Part shown: one piece after another, positions 30,567 through 39,649 of the stretch
Layout of the letters: each line of letters begins with the position of its first letter
Numbering within the stretch: position 1 is the first letter of the stretch
Origin: Candidatus Eremiobacteria bacterium
Lineage (GTDB): Bacteria; Vulcanimicrobiota; Vulcanimicrobiia; Vulcanimicrobiales; Vulcanimicrobiaceae
Length of the DNA: 64,000 nucleotides
Direction: 5' to 3'
Assembly: GCA_963737065.1 (NCBI GenBank)
Contig: CAVTRC010000001.1
Coordinates: 1,088,001-1,152,000, forward strand
Position numbers and translations under genes: made by a program
The notes under the pieces: model-generated
Told to the model about the DNA's origin: nothing
Seen by the model: only the letters and a program-made list of their open reading frames with translations
Databases searched by the model: none

Positions 30567-31520
30567 TTACGCGAGCAATGACGCGAAGCGGGCGCGGTCG
30601 ACGTTGCCGCCGCTAATGATTACGCCGACGCGTTTATGCTCTACCGGGATCTTGTGATTCAACAACGCCGCAAGGCCGGCTGCGCCGCTCGGCTCGATGA
30701 CCAGTTTCATTCGCTCGAACACGAAGCGCATCGCATCGACGAGTTCGTCGTCGCTCACCGTCACGACGCCGGCGGCGTGCTCGCGGAGCACGCCGAACGT
30801 AACGTCGCCGGGGGATTGCGTTTGCAATCCATCGGCAATCGTCTGCGGAACGCTGATAACGACGCGCTCGCCTTTTTCAAGCGACTGCTTCACGTCGTCG
30901 CCCGCAGCGGGTTCGACGCCCCAGACTTCGATCTTCGGATCGTGTCCGTGCGCGGCGAGTGCGGTTCCGGAAAGTAATCCGCCGCCACCGACGGGCGTCA
31001 CCATTACGTCAACATCGCCGGCGTCTTCCAGCAACTCTAGTGCCGCGGTTCCCGCGCCCGCCACAATACGCTCGTCGTCGTAGGGCGGAACGATCGTCGC
31101 GCGGCGCTCGTCGGCGATCCGTTGCGCGATCACCGCGCGGTTCTCTTCCGATCGTTCGTAGAGCGCAACGTCCGCACCGTATCCGCGGGTCGCCGCAAGT
31201 TTGCTCTCGGGTGCGTCGCGCGGCATCACGATGACGGCCGGCATGTCGAGGAGCTTCGCAGCCAGCGCCACGCCCTGTGCATGATTGCCGCTGGAGTAAG
31301 CGACGACCCCGCGGCCGCGCTCTTCCGGGCTCATCTGCACCATACGATTGTATGCGCCGCGAAACTTGAACGCGCCCATGCGCTGCAGGTTCTCACACTT
31401 CACGAACACGCGCGCACCGGTCGCTTCATCGAGCGTCGCCGACGTAACGACCGGCGTGCGATGAACGATGCCGTTTACGCGCTGCGCCGCTGCACGAACG
31501 TCGCCGTAGCTAACCGGCAT
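30567..31520 (-). CDS. PLP-dependent Ser/Thr dehydratase family (hydroxyaspartate ammonia-lyase-like)
   Basis: KCENLQRMGAFKFRGA, SSGNHAQ, GGGGL and SGGN. Confidence 0.9.
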   Translation of the reverse strand: MPVSYGDVRAAAQRVNGIVHRTPVVTSATLDEATGARVFVKCENLQRMGAFKFRGAYNRMVQMSPEERGRGVVAYSSGNHAQGVALAAKLLDMPAVIVMPRDAPESKLAATRGYGADVALYERSEENRAVIAQRIADERRATIVPPYDDERIVAGAGTAALELLEDAGDVDVMVTPVGGGGLLSGTALAAHGHDPKIEVWGVEPAAGDDVKQSLEKGERVVISVPQTIADGLQTQSPGDVTFGVLREHAAGVVTVSDDELVDAMRFVFERMKLVIEPSGAAGLAALLNHKIPVEHKRVGVIISGGNVDRARFASLLA

Positions 31521-31878
31521 TCGGCGCGGCGTGGAAGTACCAGTTTACGACCTTGCTTTGGTCGTCCAATTGGATCCACTCGTTGTACGTGCTCTTGTCG
31601 AACTTCACCGTCAAGCAGTGGTAGCCCGCGCGGTTGCACGGCGTCACCTCTTTGACCGAGTTCAACTTACCCTGCTCATCGAGCTCGTCCGCCCAATTCG
31701 CAACCTGCACGCGCGTCAAGTGCACGTTCGGCGCAAGGTCGTTCTTCACCGGCGCCATGTCGTTGTGCATGACGGCTTCCGTAATCTTCTGCGCTTCGCG
31801 CTCGTACTTGTTTTGGAACGAACAGCCGGCAAGCAGCGCGGCTATCGAAACGACGGCCACTAGCGGTCGAATCTTCAC
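31510..31878 (-). CDS. Lipoprotein
   Basis: GTG overlaps the prfC stop; lipobox LAGC. Confidence 0.75.
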   Translation of the reverse strand: MKIRPLVAVVSIAALLAGCSFQNKYEREAQKITEAVMHNDMAPVKNDLAPNVHLTRVQVANWADELDEQGKLNSVKEVTPCNRAGYHCLTVKFDKSTYNEWIQLDDQSKVVNWYFHAAPNAG

Positions 31879-33491
31879 GATGGGATCGTCTCCTCTGCGA
31901 TTTCGGCGACAAACGATGCGAACACGAGGCCGGGGTTCCATTCCTGCGCGAGCCGCACGCTCCATTCGCTCTCGAAGAGCGCGACCGGGCGGCCTTCCCA
32001 GTCCTCCACGAGTTTCGCGTTCGACGGCAATTGCGCGCGTCCAACATCTTCTTGAGCCTGCCCTGAGCCCGTCGAAGGGCCTTCGACCCGCCGCGCGAGC
32101 GTGTAGGGCAAATAAGAGAAGACGGTTTTCACGCCGTACTCGGATTCGAGGCGGTATTTCGCCACTTCGAATTGCAGCTCGCCGACGACCGCCATAATCG
32201 GTTCCGTTCTCGTCGAGCCCCACGGATAGAAGACTTGCACCGCTCCCTCTTCGCGCAACTGTGCGATCCCTTTGCCGAACGATTTGTAACTCGATGTATC
32301 GATACTCCGGACCGAACTGAAATGTTCCGGCGAAAAGGTCGGAATGGCGGGAAAGACGACGGGCGCGCCTTCATAGAGTGTGTCGCCGATCGCAAACACG
32401 CCTGGGTTCGCAAGCCCTACCACGTCGCCGGCGAACGCCGCCTCGACCGATTCCCGTTCGTCGGCGAAGAGCTTCATCGCGCGCGCGAGGCGAACGTCTT
32501 TGCCCGTTCGTTCGTTCCGCACGATCATGTCGCGTTCAAATCTCCCCGAACAGACGCGGATGAAAGCGATGCGATCGCGATGGCGCGGATCCATGTTTGC
32601 CTGAATTTTGAACACGAACCCGGTAAACCGCGCTTCCGACGGATCGACGCTGCCCCGCGCCGCGGGCGGCGGACTTATCCCGATGAATTCATCGAGGAAG
32701 AGCTGTACGCCGAAATTCGTCACCGCTGACCCGAAGAACACCGGCGTGATTTCGCCTCGCAACATCGCGTCGCGATCGAACGCTTCGCCGGCGCCCTCGA
32801 GCAATTCCAATCCGTCGACAAATTGACGGTACGTCGTCTCGTCGACCATCTCGCGGATCTTCAGATCGTTTGCATCGGCGGTCTGCACCATCGCTTTCGT
32901 GGCACCGTGCGCACTGCGTTCGAATAGATGCAGTTCGCGCGTCTGCCGGTCGTACACGCCTTTGAACGTATCGCCGCTGCCGAGCGGCCAATTCATCGGA
33001 AACGCACCGATGCCGAGGACGCGCTCGAGTTCATCGAGCAATTCAAGTGGATCGCGGCTCGGGCGGTCCATCTTGTTCATGAAGGTAAAGAGCGGAATCT
33101 TACGCTCGCGGCAGATCGCGAAGAGTTTTTTCGTTTGCGGTTCCACGCCCTTCGCCGCATCGATCAGCATGACCGCGGCGTCGGCGGCAAGGAGCGTGCG
33201 ATACGTATCTTCGCCGAAGTCTTGGTGACCCGGCGTGTCGAGCAAGTTGATCGTGTACCCGTTGTATGGAAACTGCAGAACGGTCGACGTGATTGAAATC
33301 CCGCGTTCGCGCTCGAGCTCCATCCAGTCGCTCGTCACCGCGCGCTGACGCTTGCGCGCCGAAACTTGACCGGCAACGTGAATCGCTCCGCCGTACAGCA
33401 GCAGCTTTTCCGTCAACGTCGTCTTCCCGGCGTCCGGATGAGAGATGATTGCAAACGTCCGGCGCTTGCGCACTTCGTCGGTAATGTTCAT
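31875..33491 (-). CDS. prfC: Peptide chain release factor 3
   Basis: RRTFAIISHPDAGKTT, DTPGH, NKMD and FKIQANMDPRHRDRIAF. Confidence 0.97.
   Translation of the reverse strand: MNITDEVRKRRTFAIISHPDAGKTTLTEKLLLYGGAIHVAGQVSARKRQRAVTSDWMELERERGISITSTVLQFPYNGYTINLLDTPGHQDFGEDTYRTLLAADAAVMLIDAAKGVEPQTKKLFAICRERKIPLFTFMNKMDRPSRDPLELLDELERVLGIGAFPMNWPLGSGDTFKGVYDRQTRELHLFERSAHGATKAMVQTADANDLKIREMVDETTYRQFVDGLELLEGAGEAFDRDAMLRGEITPVFFGSAVTNFGVQLFLDEFIGISPPPAARGSVDPSEARFTGFVFKIQANMDPRHRDRIAFIRVCSGRFERDMIVRNERTGKDVRLARAMKLFADERESVEAAFAGDVVGLANPGVFAIGDTLYEGAPVVFPAIPTFSPEHFSSVRSIDTSSYKSFGKGIAQLREEGAVQVFYPWGSTRTEPIMAVVGELQFEVAKYRLESEYGVKTVFSYLPYTLARRVEGPSTGSGQAQEDVGRAQLPSNAKLVEDWEGRPVALFESEWSVRLAQEWNPGLVFASFVAEIAEETIPS
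32055..32087. repeat. REP-like palindromic element inside prfC
   Basis: GCCTGCCCTGAGCCCGTCGAAGGG plus palindrome GTCGAAGG-G-CCTTCGAC; encodes PSTGSGQA. Confidence 0.7.
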
Positions 33492-33497
33492 CAGTTC

Positions 33498-33995
33498 TTA
33501 AAGCCTAGACGTCGTATAGATGCGCAGCTCGCCGGTCGCGCCATTCTCACGAAGCAGCGCAAGCCGATTTCCCGCGCGATAGAGCGTCACGTGGGGCGGA
33601 ATGCGCAGCCGGTCCGGGCCTCGCGATACGAGCGCTTCGCCGTCGCGCACGAAAATCGTGCACGGACCGTAATGGAGGATCGTCCCGGACAGGACGGTGG
33701 TTGCGTCGGCCGGCATCTTCGAGCGCACGTAACCGAGGGAACCGGTCGATATGGATTGCTGAATGAGGCATTCCGGCAATGCGGAAAGCGCCCACGGCGC
33801 GTCACCGCGCATCGGCGCATTACCCGCGCGATCTTCGGATTCGAAGCCGCTGTGCGGGGTCGTGGACGCCGCGAAGTGGTGCGGCGGCGCGCTGCGCGCC
33901 ACGCGCTCGCGAATGCGGTCGCGGTTGCTCCACGCCGTTGCGAGAACGGCGATGGCAAGCACGATGCACGTTGCAACGGCGTAGTAGCGGAGCAA
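33498..33995 (-). CDS. Hypothetical membrane-anchored protein
   Basis: N-terminal TM; fills the gap between genes. Confidence 0.6.
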   Translation of the reverse strand: MLRYYAVATCIVLAIAVLATAWSNRDRIRERVARSAPPHHFAASTTPHSGFESEDRAGNAPMRGDAPWALSALPECLIQQSISTGSLGYVRSKMPADATTVLSGTILHYGPCTIFVRDGEALVSRGPDRLRIPPHVTLYRAGNRLALLRENGATGELRIYTTSRL

Positions 33996-34005
33996 CCGAG
34001 GGAAC

Positions 34006-35064
34006 CTACGCGAGCGTCAGGCGTGCCGCGCCGATCGTATAATCGGCCATGCCGTAATAGATGTCGAAGACGCGCGGCCCGAGGTCCTCGCGGCGATCGA
34101 TGCCGGTCGGGAAGACGACGTTGTCCACGATTCCGGTCCGTTCCAATTCCGATTCGGGTGCTAAAACCGGCTGCGGCGAACGGTAGAGCACTTTATCGGG
34201 ACGCTCGTAGTTTTGAATCAAAATCCCGGCGCTGTAGCGGAACTTCGGTTTGGCGCCGCGATTGTCGAGTAGATCGACGGCATGATAGAGCGACATCCAT
34301 CCCTCCGCGATGCGAACGGGCGGCGTGCCGGCGCCGATTTTGATTGATCCCCACCGATCGTCCGGCGAAACGACGAGCACGCTTTCGGAGACGTCCAGCA
34401 ACCGGCTACGATCTTCCACCGCGGGTTCGAGCGGAATGTATCCGATGCGAATCGACTCGCGATCGCTAAAGGGCATTCGTTCGATCATCGGAATCGCCGC
34501 ACGCCCATCGACCGCTGAAAGATGCAACATCGGGCGGTGAAAGAACGCAAACGATGGAACACCGCGCGGCGACATCACCGGGTCGGGGAAAAACGCGCCG
34601 TCTTTGTCGTCGCCTTGCGCCATGCCGGGCTCTGCAAAACGCAGCAAACCCAAACGCGTCCAGCTCATACCGTCGCCGGAAAGCGCAATCGCAAGACGCG
34701 GGCCGGCCGGCCCATACGCGGTGTACATCATCACGTATTGATCGATCTTCGGAACGAAGGTCACGCGCGGATCTTCACATCCGTAACCCGGATGGGGACG
34801 TACCTCGTACGGCGCTTCGGGTTGGAGCGCAAAGCCTTCACGCTCCACGTCGAATCCGTCGGCTTTTTCGCGGACGTCCACGCGTGCGACGCGCGAGATG
34901 TTTCCCTTCGCAACAGCGCGCGGATACATCATCAAACGACCGTCGCGCGTCCGCGCGGTCGCCGGATTCAAAAGACCTTCGATCTCACTCGGGTCGCCGT
35001 CGGGCGCCATCACGAGGCCGAGCCGTTCAACCTTCGTCTCGAACTGCAGTACCGGTTCAATCAC
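34006..35064 (-). CDS. GH130-like glycosidase/phosphorylase
   Basis: LNP, GCEDPRVT, DKD, FHRP, GAGTPP and NVVFPTG. Confidence 0.85.
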   Translation of the reverse strand: MIEPVLQFETKVERLGLVMAPDGDPSEIEGLLNPATARTRDGRLMMYPRAVAKGNISRVARVDVREKADGFDVEREGFALQPEAPYEVRPHPGYGCEDPRVTFVPKIDQYVMMYTAYGPAGPRLAIALSGDGMSWTRLGLLRFAEPGMAQGDDKDGAFFPDPVMSPRGVPSFAFFHRPMLHLSAVDGRAAIPMIERMPFSDRESIRIGYIPLEPAVEDRSRLLDVSESVLVVSPDDRWGSIKIGAGTPPVRIAEGWMSLYHAVDLLDNRGAKPKFRYSAGILIQNYERPDKVLYRSPQPVLAPESELERTGIVDNVVFPTGIDRREDLGPRVFDIYYGMADYTIGAARLTLA

Positions 35065-35115
35065 GCTGTTTTGTATCGTCCCTTCGCGTCTCCAACCTGA
35101 CCGAAGCGTCGTTCT

Positions 35116-35583
35116 TTACGGCAAATCTGTTTGAGCGACCGGTTCGTCCCCCGGCGTCACCACTTCTACCCGGATGCCGCGCCGGTAGACGCTGTTTGGA
35201 ATAATCCATAACGTGTACGTGCGGTAGTCGGCCGTAGGTTCGCCGCCGTCGCCCGGAGGTGATTCGAAAGCGACCACGCGCACGCGTTGGTCGTTTGCAC
35301 GGATCGATTCGACGATTTGGCGATAGCCGGTTCGATTGTGGGGGCCAAGCAAGAGCACGACGCCGAACTCACCCTTGAAGCGGATCGGCGCCTTGATGCC
35401 GAGTCGCTCGAGCGTTGCTTGGTCGCGAACGATTGCGATTTGATTGCCGCCCAAGACCGGAGTTATGCCGGTCGCATAGGTCTTGACGCGCACCTCCCGG
35501 CACCCGGCCAGAAGCAGCAGCGCCATCAGGGCCCACCAGCGCTTCACTGATTTCGCCTTTCGCGTGAGGCGCGCACGAGACAT
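35116..35583 (-). CDS. Lipoprotein
   Basis: Lipobox LAGC; start may be the downstream GTG. Confidence 0.65.
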   Translation of the reverse strand: MSRARLTRKAKSVKRWWALMALLLLAGCREVRVKTYATGITPVLGGNQIAIVRDQATLERLGIKAPIRFKGEFGVVLLLGPHNRTGYRQIVESIRANDQRVRVVAFESPPGDGGEPTADYRTYTLWIIPNSVYRRGIRVEVVTPGDEPVAQTDLP

Positions 35584-35619
35584 TCCTTTTGCCGGTCACT
35601 GATTTGCAAGCCGGCACGT

Positions 35620-35632
35620 TGTAGAATGAGTC
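35620..35632 (+). promoter_or_regulatory. -10 box, possibly for a leaderless transcript
   Basis: TAGAAT 5 nt before ATG 35633; no clear SD. Confidence 0.4.
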
Positions 35633-36355
35633 ATGCTCGCGTTCGTATTGGCGATCATCACAGCAACGCCGGGCCCCGCACCTACCGCGACTGCTTCAGC
35701 GGAACCGCTGAAGACGATTGTCACCGTGCGGTCGTCGCCGTTTTGCAGTCAATTCGCTACGCACGTCAATGCGGCGATCGATCACGCCGTGCGGAATGAT
35801 GCGACGCTCGGCACGATCATCATCACGCTTCACTCGACCGATCTCGCCGAGAACGACCTCAGCCGTCACAATGAAATTCAGCGGCTCGAAAATTTGGGCG
35901 ACAGCATCTACCGCGATTATCGCAAAGGGCTCGACGAGGTCGACAAACTGCGCGATCTCGCGAAGACGGCGCAAGATCAGCAAGAGCAAGCCGAATTGAA
36001 GGCAGCCGCCGACGCGCTCGGCGGAGTGCTTTACCGCCAACATTTGATTCAGCGCGATCTCGACGGATTCACCGCCTACCTCGACGCGATGGATATGCAA
36101 CGCGAAACGAACCACGTCGTGCTCAATCGTGAGTTCGGCCCCGGCTACGATATGACCGATGAGTGGGCGAACCAGCTCAACACGGATTATATGGTGCAGC
36201 AGCATATCGGGGACACGTCGCCGATGCAACCTCCGCAACGAGATGTGACGATGGCGGGCAATGCATCGAAAGATTTCCAGTCGCGGATCCCCGATATTTT
36301 GCGCGATGAGTTGACCGCCGGCGGTCACATTACCGAAGTAAGCGAGCATTGCTAG
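35633..36355 (+). CDS. Secreted helical hypothetical protein
   Basis: Short signal, Pro/Thr linker, coiled coils. Confidence 0.75.
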   Translation: MLAFVLAIITATPGPAPTATASAEPLKTIVTVRSSPFCSQFATHVNAAIDHAVRNDATLGTIIITLHSTDLAENDLSRHNEIQRLENLGDSIYRDYRKGLDEVDKLRDLAKTAQDQQEQAELKAAADALGGVLYRQHLIQRDLDGFTAYLDAMDMQRETNHVVLNREFGPGYDMTDEWANQLNTDYMVQQHIGDTSPMQPPQRDVTMAGNASKDFQSRIPDILRDELTAGGHITEVSEHC

Positions 36356-36441
36356 CCGCAAACCCGGCTCGCGCAGTCGCCTCGTAAGACGCCTGTCGTT
36401 GTCTGCGTACTTCGCGGGCCGTTAGGCTAAAATTCACTGAG

Positions 36442-36840
36442 ATGAAGAGCCTGCGACGTCCTTCCATGGCCGCGCTCATCTTTGCGACGGGCCGCCCCTT
36501 CCGTGTCGCCGGATTGGCGACCGCCGTCATGATTTCGGCGTGGCGCAAACGCCGCGCGCTCCGCGTCGTCCAATGTCACTGTCTTTCCATTGCGAATTGC
36601 GCGGGCAACGTCACCGCCTACAGCGAAGGTCGAGTCGTGCACATGCTGCATCGGCTCATAGCGGGCGGAGCCTTCCTCTGCACGGTCGTCGCGTTCGGGC
36701 TTGCTTGGCTGCGACTGGCGGCCACGCGCATCCGAACGGCGCTGAGCGCCGGGCTCATCGTCGTCCACTCGTTCGTCGTTACATCGCTGTCAACGCCGAT
36801 AAACACGTACGCCGTGCGTACAGATCGTGCAGCTGCCTAG
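36442..36840 (+). pseudogene. Possible degenerate heme A synthase (CtaA/COX15) remnant
   Basis: VHMLHRLIA motif and hydrophobic segments directly upstream of heme O synthase; far shorter than a full CtaA. Confidence 0.4.
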
Positions 36841-37703
36841 TGACGACGGCTCTTCACGATTACTTCGAACTCGCCAAACCTCGTATCATCGTTCTGCTGT
36901 TGATTACGACGGCCGCTGCGATGATTATGGCCGCGCGCGGGATTCCGCCGGCGGCGCTCGCATTGTGGACGCTGCTCGGCGGCGCGCTCGCTGCGGGCTC
37001 TGCCGGAGCGCTCAATTGCGTCTATGACTCCGACATCGACGGTTTGATGCGACGCACGATGCTGCGTCCGATTCCGCAAGGCCGTGTGAGCGTTCGCAAC
37101 GCGACGGTCTTTGCGGTGACGCTCGGCATCGCGGCGTTTGCGATTCTCTTCTTCCTGGTCAACCCGCTTGCTGCGTGGCTCTCACTTGCCGGAAACGTGT
37201 ACTACGTCGTCATCTACACGATGTGGTTGAAGCGCATCACGCCGCTGAATATTGTGATCGGCGGTGCGGCCGGTTCCGTTCCTCCGCTCGTGGGCTGGGC
37301 TGCGGTGACGCACCAAATCGGTGGACCGGCGCTCGGACTGTTCGCATTGATCTTTTTGTGGACGCCGCCGCACTTTTGGTCGCTCGCGTTGATGACCGAA
37401 ATCGACTATGACAAAGCGAAGATTCCGATGATGCCGAATGTGAGCGGCCACGAACGCACCAAGCGCGAAATTATCTACTACACGATCTTACTCATTATTG
37501 CGTCGCTCGTTCTCTATCCGCTTCACGTCATGGGCGCGGTCTACACCGCGGCGGCAGCCGTGCTCGGCGGAATCTTTCTTTACGACACGCTGCGCACGTG
37601 GAAAGACCCGGGAAAGACTTGGGCGCGGCGCACGTTTAAGTTCTCTTTGCTCTACCTTGCACTGATGTGCTTGGTCATGGTTGTAGATCGGATCATTGCG
37701 TGA
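36840..37703 (+). CDS. cyoE: Heme O synthase (protoheme IX farnesyltransferase)
   Basis: KPRII, DSDIDGLMRRT..RP, YTMWLKR, NIVIGG and WTPPHFW. Confidence 0.95.
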   Translation: MTTALHDYFELAKPRIIVLLLITTAAAMIMAARGIPPAALALWTLLGGALAAGSAGALNCVYDSDIDGLMRRTMLRPIPQGRVSVRNATVFAVTLGIAAFAILFFLVNPLAAWLSLAGNVYYVVIYTMWLKRITPLNIVIGGAAGSVPPLVGWAAVTHQIGGPALGLFALIFLWTPPHFWSLALMTEIDYDKAKIPMMPNVSGHERTKREIIYYTILLIIASLVLYPLHVMGAVYTAAAAVLGGIFLYDTLRTWKDPGKTWARRTFKFSLLYLALMCLVMVVDRIIA

Positions 37704-39069
37704 TACTCGCGCGGTAGCCGGACACGAGCTCGATCGCTCGGCGCTTCCGTTACTGCTAACCCTTGCGCTCGGCGTGTTTGCCGGCGCGCTTGACCTCGGT
37801 GTACTCTCGCCCGCGCTGCCGGCGCTCGGCCGTGAATTCGGTGTCCCAACCGGTGACCTGGCGTGGATCTTCACGCTGTACTTGCTCGTGAACGTCGCGT
37901 CGATCGCGATCGCGAGCACGCTTGCGGACCGGTACGGACGGCAGCGCGTCTACATTACCTGCGTGTCGCTCTTCGCGCTCGGCAGCGTCGTCGCCGTTCT
38001 GGCGCAAAGCTATCCCGTGTTCCTCATTGCGCGCGCATTGCAAGCGCTCGGCGCCGGTGGAATCTTTCCCGTTGCAACGGCCGCAATCGGCGACGTCGTA
38101 CCGAAGGAACGTCGTGGTGCGGCACTGGGCTTAGTAGCCGCGACGTGGGGACTCGCGGCGGTCATCGGTCCAACGTTCGGCGGACTGATCACGCACTTCG
38201 TCTCGTGGCGATGGATATTCGTCTTCAACTTCCCGCTCGCGGCGATCGTTTTATGGCTTGCCCGTCAATACGTGCCGAAGAACGCACCGCACGTTCGCGG
38301 TCCTCTCGATACCGGCGGGTTGACGTTGCTATGCGTCGGGTTGCTGCTGCTCATGGATGGGTTAACGACGGCGCGAACGATTACGGCGTTTGTCGGCATC
38401 GTTGCGTTGACGGCGTTTGGTTGGTGGGAGCGGCGCGCACGCTATCCGATCGTGCCGGCCTCGGTGGTAACGAGCCCGCAACTGATCAAAACGTACATCC
38501 TCGAAATAGCGATCGGCGTGCTCGAGGGCTCGCTCTTCTTTATTCCGACCGTTCTCGTCGGTGCGCAAGGATTATCGTATGCCGTAGCCGGCCTCATTGC
38601 GGCACTCGGCGCGGTGATGTTCGTGATCGTCATTCCCGTCTCCGGACGCGCACTCGATCGCATCGGCAGCCGCAATGTATTGCTGCTCGGAACGTTGTTC
38701 ACGGAAATCGGGCTGGGACTGTTTGCACTCGGGTTGCGTTCGCTGCCGATCACGCTCGTCGCGATCATCGTCGCGGGTTGCGGCTTTGGCGCGTTGCTCG
38801 GTGCACCGACGCGGTATATCGTCACGAACGAAACCGGCGAACGCACGCGCTCCACGGCCGTCGGACTCCTGAGTCAAGCACTGATCGTCGGACAGATTTT
38901 GGGCGGTTCCCTTGCCGGCGGCGTGATCGGTTTCGCGCACAATGAACTGCAAGGCTATCAAGACGCGTACTTCTGCTTCTGCGGCGTCGCGCTGCTCGCG
39001 CTCGTCATGTCATCGCTGCTGAAGTCGCGCCACGATGAGCGGCGCGTCCCTCTCGAAGAAGCGGCATAA
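37696..39069 (+). CDS. MFS transporter (DHA2-like)
   Basis: LADRYGRQ motif A; about 14 TM helices. Confidence 0.9.
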   Translation: MRDTRAVAGHELDRSALPLLLTLALGVFAGALDLGVLSPALPALGREFGVPTGDLAWIFTLYLLVNVASIAIASTLADRYGRQRVYITCVSLFALGSVVAVLAQSYPVFLIARALQALGAGGIFPVATAAIGDVVPKERRGAALGLVAATWGLAAVIGPTFGGLITHFVSWRWIFVFNFPLAAIVLWLARQYVPKNAPHVRGPLDTGGLTLLCVGLLLLMDGLTTARTITAFVGIVALTAFGWWERRARYPIVPASVVTSPQLIKTYILEIAIGVLEGSLFFIPTVLVGAQGLSYAVAGLIAALGAVMFVIVIPVSGRALDRIGSRNVLLLGTLFTEIGLGLFALGLRSLPITLVAIIVAGCGFGALLGAPTRYIVTNETGERTRSTAVGLLSQALIVGQILGGSLAGGVIGFAHNELQGYQDAYFCFCGVALLALVMSSLLKSRHDERRVPLEEAA

Positions 39070-39083
39070 GTCCAAGGTGACGG

Positions 39084-39593
39084 TTATTGCGATGACATCA
39101 TCATCGTGAACGTATACGGACTATTTGCTTGGATCTGTCCTTGTAACTTCAGCGAGGGGGCACAGACGCCCGATGCACTGACCGTTCCAGCGACCTTCGC
39201 AATCGTATAACCGTTTGGGTCCAGGACGTTCACTTCATACGAGCGGTCCGGCCCGAATGAACCGGAAATGCACATCGATGGAGGAAATGCCGTGAATGTT
39301 ACGGTGTGATTTAACGTCACCGTGTAACCGGCAACCTGTTCCGGTAACGGCCATTTTGGAGTTGGCGCGGGAACCGGCGCAATCTTCACCGTCGTCTCAG
39401 CCGGCGCATCGTTAGACGAGAACGTTAGCGTCCCGCGTGCGCCCCCGCTTAACGCCAGCACTGCGCCGTTCGGGGGCAATGTTGGCAAAACAGTCGGCGC
39501 CATGCTGTGCGTGCTGCCGTCGCCGCCGGACCCACACGCGACGACTAGAGCCGCACAACATGCGATGAATAACGGCTTCACACTATCGCGCAT
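39084..39593 (-). CDS. Lipoprotein
   Basis: Lipobox VVAC; GAGG RBS. Confidence 0.65.
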   Translation of the reverse strand: MRDSVKPLFIACCAALVVACGSGGDGSTHSMAPTVLPTLPPNGAVLALSGGARGTLTFSSNDAPAETTVKIAPVPAPTPKWPLPEQVAGYTVTLNHTVTFTAFPPSMCISGSFGPDRSYEVNVLDPNGYTIAKVAGTVSASGVCAPSLKLQGQIQANSPYTFTMMMSSQ

Positions 39594-39649
39594 TTTACCT
39601 CATTTCGGAAGACGGATGACCCCTCTCTTCCTGTAGCCAATACTACCGC

